A stretch of 64,000 bases of DNA from Clostridia bacterium. Lineage in GTDB: Bacteria; Bacillota; Clostridia; UBA1212; UBA1255. Each line of letters begins with the position of its first letter. Position 1 is the stretch's first letter. Below, in pieces: positions 29,552 to 37,965 of the stretch. A program made the translations under genes and the position numbers. The notes beneath the pieces are model-generated. The model searched no databases. It saw nothing but the letters and a program-made list of their open reading frames with translations, and was not told where the DNA came from. The DNA lies in assembly GCA_017935905.1 (NCBI GenBank), contig JAGBGO010000035.1:36064-100063 (forward strand), in the 5' to 3' direction.

Positions 29552-29956
29552 TTAAATTTTCTGTTTAAGAAAATCTTCAAGCGCCATCAACCACAATTCA
29601 TCTTTTTCTTTTTCGGCTCTCAACTTACAAGCATTGAGTTCGTTTTCCAATAACGGAAAGGGCATTTTCAACAATCTATCAAATATAATGTATGCGCCCG
29701 GCCAGTTTAAATCTTGTAACCACTCAAACAACAGGCACAAATATGGCTTCAGTTCTTCATCTGTTTTTAATGCAAGGACCCTTGCACACGGCTCCCAAAT
29801 ACATTTTGATTTTTCAGGAATTACCGGCTGAATAAAAGGATAAAGATATTTATATTTTTTCGCCTCATTGATGCCCACGGAGATCTTCGTTTCATATTCT
29901 TCATCCGTGTACGACGAATCCCAAATAAATGATTCATAAATTTCGTCTAATGTCAT
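29552..29956 (-). CDS. Hypothetical protein (DUF5071-like)
   Basis: The 134-aa protein has a WLQDLNWPGA motif. The family is recalled from memory. Confidence 0.35.
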   Translation of the reverse strand: MTLDEIYESFIWDSSYTDEEYETKISVGINEAKKYKYLYPFIQPVIPEKSKCIWEPCARVLALKTDEELKPYLCLLFEWLQDLNWPGAYIIFDRLLKMPFPLLENELNACKLRAEKEKDELWLMALEDFLKQKI

Positions 29957-29978
29957 AATGGTAAAACACCTCGCTTTG

Positions 29979-30887
29979 TTATAAACATTCTGCCCAAACC
30001 ACGTATTTTTCCAGCAGCGTCACCGGCTGGTAGGCAAGTTTGGACGTACGAAGGGATTCATTGCCCATATCGTCTTCCCGATTGACGTACAGAATTTCAG
30101 AAGTTCCGTACATTTTAGCAAATTCGGAGGCAATTTTCTGGTAGGCGCCGGGATACGTCCGGGAGGCTTTTTCAATGTGTTCGTAGAGCATATTGCCTCG
30201 CTTGCTGCCAATGGCAAAAGCCACCACGTCCCCGCCCACTAAAACGCAAGTGCCAAGCAGTCCGTACAATTCATAGTTCTCCAGCACTTCTTCCACGTAG
30301 CCCATTTCCGTGATTGCGCCCTCCGAGCGAGCTTGTCCGCCGTAGACAGCTAAAAACTTTTTACACAAGTCCAAATTCTCCCGGGAAATGGCCGTTACGC
30401 AGGCGTCCGGATATAATTTATGGAAGCGATTGACAAAATTCCGCTGGCCGTGAAGCTTCTTCCCGGGGAAAGTCTGCATAGAGTTTACGTCATACACGTA
30501 ATCCGCCCAATCCCGCATAGATTGGCAGCGGGCAATGGTAAAATATTCCTTCAATGTCTCCACTTGTGCCGGCGTTACGGGACTGAAAATCAATGTTTCC
30601 CCGCGGCTTTTTACAGTTTCCGCCAGTTTATGGAGGGCAGCACCCAAATTTCCCTCTCCGCAAGGCACGGAATAAGCCACGAACCCGTCGGGGTGGATGA
30701 TTCTGAAGAACAGCATTTTCGAATCTACACAAAAAGCCGTTTGAAAATGATGCCGCCACATAAAAATGGTGCCGGGGAGCGTGTCACATATATTTCCCTT
30801 TTCAAAAGCCAAATACTTGCATACGAAATCGTAATCTGCAAGGGTCAGCGGCTTAAAATCAAGCATGCTATCACATCCGCCGGCCAT
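29979..30887 (-). CDS. DUF2156 / LPG-synthase-C-like (GNAT-fold) protein
   Basis: The 302-aa protein has a GKKLHGQRNFVNRF block that resembles the conserved region of the phosphatidylglycerol lysyltransferase C-terminal domain family. Confidence 0.45.
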   Translation of the reverse strand: MAGGCDSMLDFKPLTLADYDFVCKYLAFEKGNICDTLPGTIFMWRHHFQTAFCVDSKMLFFRIIHPDGFVAYSVPCGEGNLGAALHKLAETVKSRGETLIFSPVTPAQVETLKEYFTIARCQSMRDWADYVYDVNSMQTFPGKKLHGQRNFVNRFHKLYPDACVTAISRENLDLCKKFLAVYGGQARSEGAITEMGYVEEVLENYELYGLLGTCVLVGGDVVAFAIGSKRGNMLYEHIEKASRTYPGAYQKIASEFAKMYGTSEILYVNREDDMGNESLRTSKLAYQPVTLLEKYVVWAECL

Positions 30888-30910
30888 TATACGCTATTTT
30901 GGTAAATTTT

Positions 30911-31180
30911 TCAATTCTTTTGCAAGGCGTGGTGCTGTTCTTTCAGTTTGCGCACCAACATATCGTAGCGAACCTCGTAGGCTTTTTGTAAGTAAATGTA
31001 GTATTCCACCATATCGGGCTCCGTGACGAAGTTAAAATTGTTCCGGGCGGCTTGAAGGAGTCCCCGTACCCGTTCAATTTCGTCATTTAACGTTACCATT
31101 TCCGGATTCGCCCACTCCGGTGCAGCTCCGTCTTTTTGGACCTTTTGGACACCGGCCCGGAAAAATCTGATTATGTCCAC
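30911..31180 (-). CDS. DUF2508 (YaaL-like) small protein
   Basis: The 89-aa protein has ...NFVTEPDMVEYYIYLQKAYEVRYDMLVRK, typical of the YaaL family found in spore formers. Confidence 0.5.
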   Translation of the reverse strand: MDIIRFFRAGVQKVQKDGAAPEWANPEMVTLNDEIERVRGLLQAARNNFNFVTEPDMVEYYIYLQKAYEVRYDMLVRKLKEQHHALQKN

Positions 31181-31304
31181 TGATGCTCACCTCTTCCTTG
31201 CATATATATGGAGGTAGGGGGCGAAAAATCACTTGACAATCCCAATTATTCTGCCATAATGAAATGAGAAAAGACTGCTGTAATTTCATTGTGTAAAGGT
31301 AGTT

Positions 31305-32150
31305 GTGGATATGAAGAAAGATATTGCCAAGAAGCTGTTTATTCTGCTGGTATTGCCTTTGATAGCAATGGCCCTGGGGACCGCATGCGGCGAAGCGCCC
31401 CACCATGCAGCGTCTACGTCAGCAGTCACGCAAACCCCTATTGCTTCACAGTCAAGCGATATGCCTGCTTTTGCGTCTACGCCTACAACCGCACCTACAA
31501 CCACGGCTGCGCCGGCACCCACACAGCAACCTGTCAAAAACACCCCGGCGCCCACCGCCGGCACACAAACACAGCGCAAGCGTTATCATATCGAAGTTTC
31601 TTTAGCCGCACAAATTGTATACGTATACGAAATTAATCAAGACGGTTCTAAAGGCGATCTGGCCAAAGCTATGCTTTGCTCCACCGGATTGTTGGGCGGA
31701 AACGAAACGCCGATCCGAAAATGGGTGATTTTAGATAACGGTATGGAATACCAAGCTGTTCGAGATGCCCGAGGCCTGTCCCGTTATAAATTCGAATGGT
31801 TAGACGGCATCTCTGCCGGTCAGTATATGTCCCGTATGTGGAAAGTAGAGACGGACGCCGTTACCGGTGAAGAATACTTTGCATCTTCCGGCTATTTATT
31901 CCATTCCGTCCCCTACAAGAAGATCGATCGCAATGCCTTGAAGACAGAAGAATGGAACAAATTAGGCAAGCCCGCATCCAACGGCTGCATTCGTATGACC
32001 GTAGCGGACGCCAAATGGATTTATGATCACGTAGCAGCCTACTCTTACGTATACACCATTGAAGGCACGCCGGATCCGGAGTTATGGGCCGCTTTGAAAT
32101 TGCCGGATTTACCTTTGGACGTCACCCGGGATCCCACCGACGTATTTTAA
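31305..32150 (+). CDS. L,D-transpeptidase (YkuD/ErfK family) with a signal peptide and Pro/Thr linker
   Basis: The catalytic region ...HS...SNGCIRM carries the conserved Cys. There is an N-terminal signal peptide. Confidence 0.8.
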   Translation: MDMKKDIAKKLFILLVLPLIAMALGTACGEAPHHAASTSAVTQTPIASQSSDMPAFASTPTTAPTTTAAPAPTQQPVKNTPAPTAGTQTQRKRYHIEVSLAAQIVYVYEINQDGSKGDLAKAMLCSTGLLGGNETPIRKWVILDNGMEYQAVRDARGLSRYKFEWLDGISAGQYMSRMWKVETDAVTGEEYFASSGYLFHSVPYKKIDRNALKTEEWNKLGKPASNGCIRMTVADAKWIYDHVAAYSYVYTIEGTPDPELWAALKLPDLPLDVTRDPTDVF

Positions 32151-32154
32151 CGGC

Positions 32155-32868
32155 TCAACCAATCTCCCGCACAGAAAATATTTTACGAATGGTGTCTACC
32201 AAACAAGGGTTGGCACTTCTGTCCTGTCCGTATAAATACACGGTGCGCGGGGCAATGGTAAGCAGCGACGAGAGAATCACGTCATCTTCATTTTCCAGGC
32301 AGGCTACGTCCTCCAGGTCAGCGTAGTCGTAGGTGATTTCAATGCCGGTTTCGGTAAAAATATGGTGCTGCCCCATGCCGTCTGCCAGCAGAAGCACGGT
32401 ATCCACCAAAGGATCACAATCCTTCACGTAGGTTTGCAAGAGCATCAAAAAGTCTCTGTACTGTTCTTCCTGCTCCAGTTCCCGCAAAGATAATTGTATG
32501 CAATAACACAGCTCCGACAGCACTTCCTGCAAGCGAAAACGAAGAAATCCTTCCACGTGGAGCGTATTATACTCCTTTAAGTAGTCGCCGAAGATTTTGG
32601 CGATATTTTTTCGATTATTTTGGACTGCCCGACGGAAAGCTTCGGTAAAAAATCGCTCATTTGCATGAACAAAACGCTTGCGGGCTTCTTTATATAAATA
32701 GGTTTCCTCCGCAAACGTGCAAAATAACGGGACCAATGTATCTGCAGGTGCGGATATTTTCCAAAGATTTCCCTCCTCCAAAATCGAAATTTTACCTTGA
32801 AAAACGGTTTGCAATACTTGGGTGTAGGTGCCGGGAATGACGTAAAAATTTTCCATAAACTGCCTCAT
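32155..32868 (-). CDS. YtxC-like putative sporulation protein
   Basis: The 237-aa protein has the motif EGFLRFRLQE. Its size and composition resemble the YtxC family. Confidence 0.45.
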   Translation of the reverse strand: MRQFMENFYVIPGTYTQVLQTVFQGKISILEEGNLWKISAPADTLVPLFCTFAEETYLYKEARKRFVHANERFFTEAFRRAVQNNRKNIAKIFGDYLKEYNTLHVEGFLRFRLQEVLSELCYCIQLSLRELEQEEQYRDFLMLLQTYVKDCDPLVDTVLLLADGMGQHHIFTETGIEITYDYADLEDVACLENEDDVILSSLLTIAPRTVYLYGQDRSANPCLVDTIRKIFSVREIG

Positions 32869-32973
32869 CGATTGCTTTCATTTACTATTTTATGCATAGG
32901 CATACTTTTTCGCCCCTTTGGAAAAATAAATTACGGTACGTTTTTATTGTGCCGGAAAGGAGATTATTTGAAT

Positions 32974-33192
32974 ATGAGAACTTTTTTAGATCGTGTTGCA
33001 TTGATTATTATTCTCATTGGTGCAATTAACTGGCTTTGTATCGGTTTCTTCCAGATGGATTTAGTGGCCACTTTGTTTGGCGGACAGTCCGCTTTGATGA
33101 GCCGTATCGTATATTCTTTAGTAGGTCTTGCAGGTCTTTACTCCATTAGTTTGTTGTTTAGACCCCTTCCCGAAGGCTACCACGAAGCGTAA
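32974..33192 (+). CDS. DUF378 small membrane protein
   Basis: MRTFLDRVALIIILIGAINWLCIGFFQMDLVATLFGG... is a typical DUF378 two-transmembrane protein. A ribosome-binding site lies before the ATG at 32974. Confidence 0.6.
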   Translation: MRTFLDRVALIIILIGAINWLCIGFFQMDLVATLFGGQSALMSRIVYSLVGLAGLYSISLLFRPLPEGYHEA

Positions 33193-33291
33193 AATGCAAG
33201 GAAATATTTCCCTTGTATGCTTTTAAGATGCAAAACAAAGAATAGCACTGCCGAAACAAAGTTCGGCAAACCACATTGGAGGTAATTCAAA

Positions 33292-33483
33292 ATGGCAAAC
33301 AGCAGAAATAAAACAGCTTTTGACAATATGAAGTACGAAATTGCGAAGGAAACAGGCGTAAACTTGAAGCAAGGTTACAACGGTGATTTAACTTCCAGAG
33401 AGGCCGGCACAATTGGCGGTAACATCGTACGGAAAGTATTTGAAAGCTATACCGGAAAGAATTATTATACCGGTAAACAATAA
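33292..33483 (+). CDS. Alpha/beta-type small acid-soluble spore protein (SASP)
   Basis: The 63-aa protein has the SASP signature MKYEIAKETGVNL... and ...GGNIVRK. Confidence 0.7.
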   Translation: MANSRNKTAFDNMKYEIAKETGVNLKQGYNGDLTSREAGTIGGNIVRKVFESYTGKNYYTGKQ

Positions 33484-33498
33484 GTTGTAGATGAAGAA

Positions 33499-33530
33499 GA
33501 GCCGCTCTTTTCGGGCGGCTCTTTTCGCAT
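33499..33530 (+). terminator. Rho-independent terminator after the SASP gene
   Basis: The hairpin AGAGCCGCtcttttcgGGCGGCTCT is followed by TTTCGCATT. Confidence 0.55.
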
Positions 33531-35123
33531 TCATTCCAATTCATACGCAAACCCAAAAGAACAGATCACCCGTTTGCTGATTTTCTCCGTGTGCGTTCCA
33601 TCGGTCGTCAAACGGCTGTAAACACTTTCTTCGTTCCAAGGGGTGACGGTAAAATACACTTCGCCTCCTACCATTTCAGCCAAGATTTCCGTCTGTCCTT
33701 TCGCACCTCGGTACGTACCTAAAATATCTTTTGAAAGAAGCTTCCCTTGAGACAGCGTCGTTACGCTGCGAATCTCCGCATTGTCATACGTGGACAAGTA
33801 TACGGCCGTTTCTTCCCGCAACAAAAGAGGCTGAATGGATCGAGATAGTGGAACGTCGCAAGCCACCGGTTTCTCACCGCCTAATTCCACGTACCATAAG
33901 CCATATAAATAACTGCTGCCGAAATTCATCCAGCTTTCCGGATTGCTTTGGTTCAAAATAAAACTTTTTCCGGAAACCGCCTGTACGTAGAAGCGATCTC
34001 CCCCTTCACGGTCCACGCGAAGGAAATCCCGAATCATCGTAGGATTCTTCTTATAAATCTTGAAAGACCCCGTATAAGACAAAATCCGCAAGGCAGTCGC
34101 ATCCGAAATATCGGCTACATCCAACCGAAGCAGATAAAGACCTTTGTCCGTAGACACCAGCATTTCTTCTAAACGTTCATTCCAATCCAGTACGCGGTAA
34201 ATAGGACCAAGCGTTTCAAACAAGCGTTTCGTTTGTGTGTCATTTTCCAGGAACAGCGTTCTTTCCGTTTCACAGAACGTATACGTGTCCCCGTCTTTGC
34301 GACCTACAACCCTGCGCACGTTTTCTTCCAATCGGGTGGATTCGGTAGGTGTAATGCGATAGTCGCCGTCTTGTTTCCTGCAAAAAACCGTAGGTTCCGT
34401 CACGTTGGACGCCCAGGAAGAAGATGCATAAATTTCCAGTACGTCTTGGGCAAGTTCCGTTTGGGTGCCAAGCATTACCTGATGTAAAGAAAGATTGCCG
34501 TCTTGATCTAAGGAAGCGATTGCATCCCCATAGGACAGCGCCACACTCTTTACGTCTTCCGCAAGTACGGTGGAGGTTTCGCCGTCGTAGGCATACAACT
34601 GATTGGCACGGTGGTATCCGCAAGCGTACACCACGCGCTCTCCCACAAAAAGGAAACTATCCACGTTGGTGGCAACCAATTTGGTGGTCATGGTGGTAAA
34701 ATCCGTCAAAAACAAAGTAGGAATGTCACGGTCCTGCAACAAAAACAACATTTGCTTCCCGTCTTCCCGCACCGTACACTGTTTCCGCATCCGCAGTTCT
34801 TCCGTAATATTATGTTTAGAAGCGTAGAAAGCAATATTGACACCGGCGGGGGTAATATCATACGCTTTTCCGGAAAGGCCGCCGTAAAAAAGCATCAATT
34901 TCCCGTCCTGCTCGTATACAAAAGGTGCGTCTTCTTGAGAAAGCGGTTCGTCAAAGCCGTCGATGACAATGCGCACGTCTGCCGCATTCTCTGCCAAGGG
35001 AGAGCCAATCCAGCGGGTAAGCCCGCGGTCGATTGCCGGAATGTGCAAAAGCAGGATACATACCAATACGAAGCCGATCACAATACCCAGCGTCTTTAGT
35101 CCTCGGATCCATTTATCTTTCAT
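33531..35123 (-). CDS. Hypothetical membrane-anchored protein (530 aa) with a single N-terminal transmembrane helix and a beta-rich exo-domain
   Basis: The transmembrane helix is at residues ~10-30. No family is recognised. It overlaps the upstream gene by 4 nt. Confidence 0.4.
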   Translation of the reverse strand: MKDKWIRGLKTLGIVIGFVLVCILLLHIPAIDRGLTRWIGSPLAENAADVRIVIDGFDEPLSQEDAPFVYEQDGKLMLFYGGLSGKAYDITPAGVNIAFYASKHNITEELRMRKQCTVREDGKQMLFLLQDRDIPTLFLTDFTTMTTKLVATNVDSFLFVGERVVYACGYHRANQLYAYDGETSTVLAEDVKSVALSYGDAIASLDQDGNLSLHQVMLGTQTELAQDVLEIYASSSWASNVTEPTVFCRKQDGDYRITPTESTRLEENVRRVVGRKDGDTYTFCETERTLFLENDTQTKRLFETLGPIYRVLDWNERLEEMLVSTDKGLYLLRLDVADISDATALRILSYTGSFKIYKKNPTMIRDFLRVDREGGDRFYVQAVSGKSFILNQSNPESWMNFGSSYLYGLWYVELGGEKPVACDVPLSRSIQPLLLREETAVYLSTYDNAEIRSVTTLSQGKLLSKDILGTYRGAKGQTEILAEMVGGEVYFTVTPWNEESVYSRLTTDGTHTEKISKRVICSFGFAYELE

Positions 35124-36508
35124 ACGCGCCTCTTCTTTCTGCCAAACGTGCCATAATACCGGCTATGGGGGCTTCTTGCAACGCCCAGGGTACAAAGGGT
35201 CATCACGGTATACAAACACAGGAACCACAGTGCCCCATCGCCCATAGACAGCGCCGCTTCACAAACCGGTCGCCAACGCATCAGGCCGGTAAAATGGCGG
35301 AAAATTTCCCGCTCATTTTGGAAAAATTTCGCCTGTCCGGCGTGATATACCCAAATGCCGTCTGCCGCATTCTCTGCCCATGGTGCACAATAAAATACCT
35401 GGTCACCCCAGACCGGAATTTCCTTCCGGGCGATTTCTTTCAGTTCCCGGTTTAGCCGCACCATTTGTACGCCGTAGCGGTCCGCACCCGGTTTTTGCGC
35501 CGTATAGGCGCGAAGCAAAAGGCCGTTCTCCGTAGAAAGACCTTGAGACACCAAAATCGGTGCAGGAGATGGATACGTAATTTCCTTGGTAATTGCACCG
35601 TTTCGATCTATTTCCATAAAGAAAGATTCCTCACCGTGGGGGGCACTTTCGAAAACGAAGGAAAGACCTTGGGTACGCAATATATTCAAATCTTCCACCC
35701 GGTTCACACCGTGAAGAAGCCAATTCCCTTGTTCATGATCCAAAATTTTGATCACCGTGGCTTTGGATCCTTCTTCTCCCGCCACGGCTTTGCGCCAAAT
35801 TCGATTGCCTTCTAAATCATAGAAAGCGCAAAAGGCTCGATGCACGGTTTCTTTCATACCGCTTTCAGAAGTGCACCCTGCAATAAGCGCACCGGTTTGA
35901 TCGCAGCGAACGTCATAAATCTCTCTTGTTTGTTCCGAATTGAGACGAAGGACGATATTGCCTTCCTTGTTAAAAATGGTGACCCGTTGATTTTGAATGC
36001 CCGCATAAGCTTGTCCCGCCTGATTGGCGCAAACAAACCGGTTGAAACCGTATTGTGACCCATCTTCAGGTTCCTGATAACAAGTCGGCTCCTGCACGAT
36101 TCCATGTCGATCGATCTTGTATACTGCACCGTAAGAGACGGCATCTTCCCCTCTTGGGGAAACCAAACAAATCAAATGAATTTCATTGCCTAAAGTAAAC
36201 ACCTGCTGCAGCGTAAGGGCGGCGCCGTCTACGCCAAAATCATCTCCAACAAAACCGCTGATGTGAGGTCCGTAAATTCTGAAAAATAGATTGCCGGCAT
36301 TCGTGCCTTCCGTATACTGCCCGATTACAGCCGCTTCCCCCTGAGGCAAGCCTACAAATTCCAATATTTCTTCATCAGCTGCACGCGCTTCCCGGGCAAT
36401 GCCTTCATATAATTCTGTACACGTTCCGTATCCCAATACAAACACAAAGAGACACACCATGGTAACCGTGGCTAAGATCAATACGTATAGCAATGCTCTT
36501 TTGAACAT
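35120..36508 (-). CDS. Hypothetical membrane-anchored protein (462 aa) with a single N-terminal transmembrane helix
   Basis: It is a complete ORF. Its N-terminal transmembrane helix is MFKRALLYVLILATVTMVCLFVFVL. It is co-oriented with, and 4-nt-overlapping, the next gene. Confidence 0.4.
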   Translation of the reverse strand: MFKRALLYVLILATVTMVCLFVFVLGYGTCTELYEGIAREARAADEEILEFVGLPQGEAAVIGQYTEGTNAGNLFFRIYGPHISGFVGDDFGVDGAALTLQQVFTLGNEIHLICLVSPRGEDAVSYGAVYKIDRHGIVQEPTCYQEPEDGSQYGFNRFVCANQAGQAYAGIQNQRVTIFNKEGNIVLRLNSEQTREIYDVRCDQTGALIAGCTSESGMKETVHRAFCAFYDLEGNRIWRKAVAGEEGSKATVIKILDHEQGNWLLHGVNRVEDLNILRTQGLSFVFESAPHGEESFFMEIDRNGAITKEITYPSPAPILVSQGLSTENGLLLRAYTAQKPGADRYGVQMVRLNRELKEIARKEIPVWGDQVFYCAPWAENAADGIWVYHAGQAKFFQNEREIFRHFTGLMRWRPVCEAALSMGDGALWFLCLYTVMTLCTLGVARSPHSRYYGTFGRKKRRV

Positions 36509-36596
36509 AATCCGCGCATCCTTCTAGTAAAATATCTTCTTAAGTATAACACAAAGGCCGGAATGGAGCAATTCTCTATTTTACCATTTTACCTTT

Positions 36597-37298
36597 TTAC
36601 CCGAAATCTCCAAGGCCGCCCTGCATCGCTTCCTTAATCTTCTCCAAAGCGGCTTTTTCAATTCTGGAGACATAGGAACGGGAAATGCCCAACATCCGTC
36701 CCACTTCTCTTTGGGTTTTCTCCACGCCGTTCAAAAGGCCGTACCGAAGTTGAATAATCAGCCGCTCTCGTTCTTCTTGCAGATTTTGAACGGCTTTGCG
36801 AATGGCTTTTTTCTGCACGTTCAAATCCACTTCTTCCACTAATTCAGAGTCGTCGCAACGGAGCAAATCCATGAGCACGATTTCGTTGCCGTCCCGATCA
36901 ATGCCAATGGGTTCGTGCATGGATACTTCTCCATTGTATTTTTTGTTGGCGCGTATGTACATCAGAATTTCATTTTGAATACAGGAAACGGCATACGTCC
37001 CCAGCCGAGCGCCTTTGCTTCCGTCAAAAGAAGACAGGGCTTTGATCAAGCCAATGGTGCCGATAGAAATCAGTTCGTCCGGCGTGGCACTGACCGTACT
37101 GTATTTTTTCGCCGTGTGGGCAACTAAACGAAGGTTGTGTTCCAAAAGAATCCGACGGCTTTCGCTGCGCTGTCCTTCCGTGGCTCCGTTTCGAAATCGG
37201 TTTAAATGATACGCTTCCTCTTCTTGGGTAAGCGGTTGGGGAAATCCGCTACTTCCGCCAATATACGTGGAAAATTGCTTGTTTTGCTCCTGCTCCAT
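36597..37298 (-). CDS. sigK: Sporulation sigma factor, most similar to SigK and lacking a pro-sequence
   Basis: Region 2 reads FPQPL...LLEHNLRLVAHTAKKY...LISIGTIGLIKA. Region 4.2 reads TQREVGRMLGISRSYVSRIEKAAL, and the ISRSYVSRIEK block matches SigK. There is no hydrophobic N-terminal pro-peptide and the gene is uninterrupted. Confidence 0.65.
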   Translation of the reverse strand: MEQEQNKQFSTYIGGSSGFPQPLTQEEEAYHLNRFRNGATEGQRSESRRILLEHNLRLVAHTAKKYSTVSATPDELISIGTIGLIKALSSFDGSKGARLGTYAVSCIQNEILMYIRANKKYNGEVSMHEPIGIDRDGNEIVLMDLLRCDDSELVEEVDLNVQKKAIRKAVQNLQEERERLIIQLRYGLLNGVEKTQREVGRMLGISRSYVSRIEKAALEKIKEAMQGGLGDFG

Positions 37299-37445
37299 AG
37301 TGCCCTCGTGCTGCCTCGTTGCTTTCTTAAACAGTATATGAGGCCCTCCGGGTTGTTCGTGTCTGTCTTATTTGGCTTTGGAAAAATATTTATGTAAAAT
37401 GTGGTTGACGAGCCGTGTTTTTGTTGCTATAATAAGTTTCGCTTT

Positions 37446-37537
37446 GGAGAAGTACCCAAGTAGGTTGAAGGGGACGGTTTGCTAAATCGTTAGGTCGGGT
37501 GACCGGCGCCGGGGTTCGAATCCCCGCTTCTCCGCCA
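37446..37537 (+). tRNA. tRNA-Ser (anticodon GCU), class II with a long variable arm; CCA is encoded
   Basis: The cloverleaf is GGAGAAG acceptor stem / D-arm / anticodon loop TTGCTAA / long variable arm GGTCGGGTGACCGGCGCC / T-arm GGGGTTCGAATCCCC / CTTCTCC-GCCA. Confidence 0.85.
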
Positions 37538-37542
37538 AACAC

Positions 37543-37576
37543 AAAGAGACACCTTTTGAGGTGTCTCTTTTGTGTT
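37543..37576 (+). terminator. Rho-independent terminator after tRNA-Ser
   Basis: The hairpin AGAGACACCttttgaGGTGTCTCT is followed by TTTGTGTTT. Confidence 0.65.
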
Positions 37577-37778
37577 TCGTCGAAAACTGCGGCGGGGATG
37601 AGAAGCCCGCAGGGGTTCGTCGCAGGTGCCGGGCGCAGAGGGCGACCGGACGCCGAAGTCTCGAGCAGCGCAGCATTTCCCGGCACCGCCGACACGCGGT
37701 GGGAAATGCCAGTAAGCGCAGAGTATCCCCGCTTCTCTTTGTTTCACAGAAACTTGCGGCGGGGATGAGAAGCCCGCA
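37575..37778. repeat. GC-rich structured intergenic block with two 37-38-bp direct repeats and a duplicated tRNA-Ser 3'-end fragment
   Basis: Direct repeat 1 at 37575-37611 and direct repeat 2 at 37741-37778 are AACT(T)GCGGCGGGGATGAGAAGCCCGCAGGGGTTCGTC. Between them is a 9-bp-stem hairpin (GCATTTCCC...GGGAAATGC at 37663-37699). ATCCCCGCTTCTC at 37715-37727 copies the tRNA 3' end. Confidence 0.6.
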
Positions 37779-37782
37779 GGGG

Positions 37783-37915
37783 TTCGTCTTCTCAATGGGA
37801 TGTAAAAAGCCAAAATCGGCTTAAATTATACTTTTTTCAGGCCAATTTGTATACAAACCGGCTTTTTACCGCAAAAACATACCGGAATTCCGGTCAAACC
37901 GCGGAAATCCGGTAT
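37783..37915. repeat. Dispersed ~110-130-bp intergenic repeat, copy A
   Basis: Copy A is about 75% identical to copy B at 53643-53760. Shared blocks are CAATGGGATGTAAAA, CCAA(A)TTGTATACAAA, TTTTACCG.GAAAA.ATACCGGAATT. Copy A also has the perfect palindromes TTTGTATACAAA (37846-37857) and ACCGGAATTCCGGT (37871-37884). An inverted terminal copy TTTACATCCCA lies at 37938-37948. Confidence 0.6.
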
Positions 37916-37965
37916 AAAATTGTCTTAAAAATCAAATTTACATCCCACTGGCATTTTACCAAAAC

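Noticed and set aside
33193-33291. A SigG-type promoter upstream of the SASP gene
   Set aside because: I could not find a convincing GnATA-17/18-CATnnTA match by eye. It may exist, but I cannot support it.
37575-37778. Possible CRISPR array
   Set aside because: There are only two repeat copies separated by one 129-bp interval. There are no cas genes and the repeat is not CRISPR-like.
37390-37824. ORFs of 60-107 aa on both strands over tRNA-Ser and the GC-rich repeat block
   Set aside because: They overlap a bona fide tRNA and its terminator. They are Arg/Pro/Gly-rich, as expected from GC-rich non-coding DNA.
37920-37949. A 9-aa ORF (MPVGCKFDF) immediately downstream of the XRE/RNPP-like regulator as a possible signalling peptide
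   Set aside because: It is too short to carry an export signal and has no ribosome-binding site. It lies inside the inverted terminal copy of the dispersed repeat.
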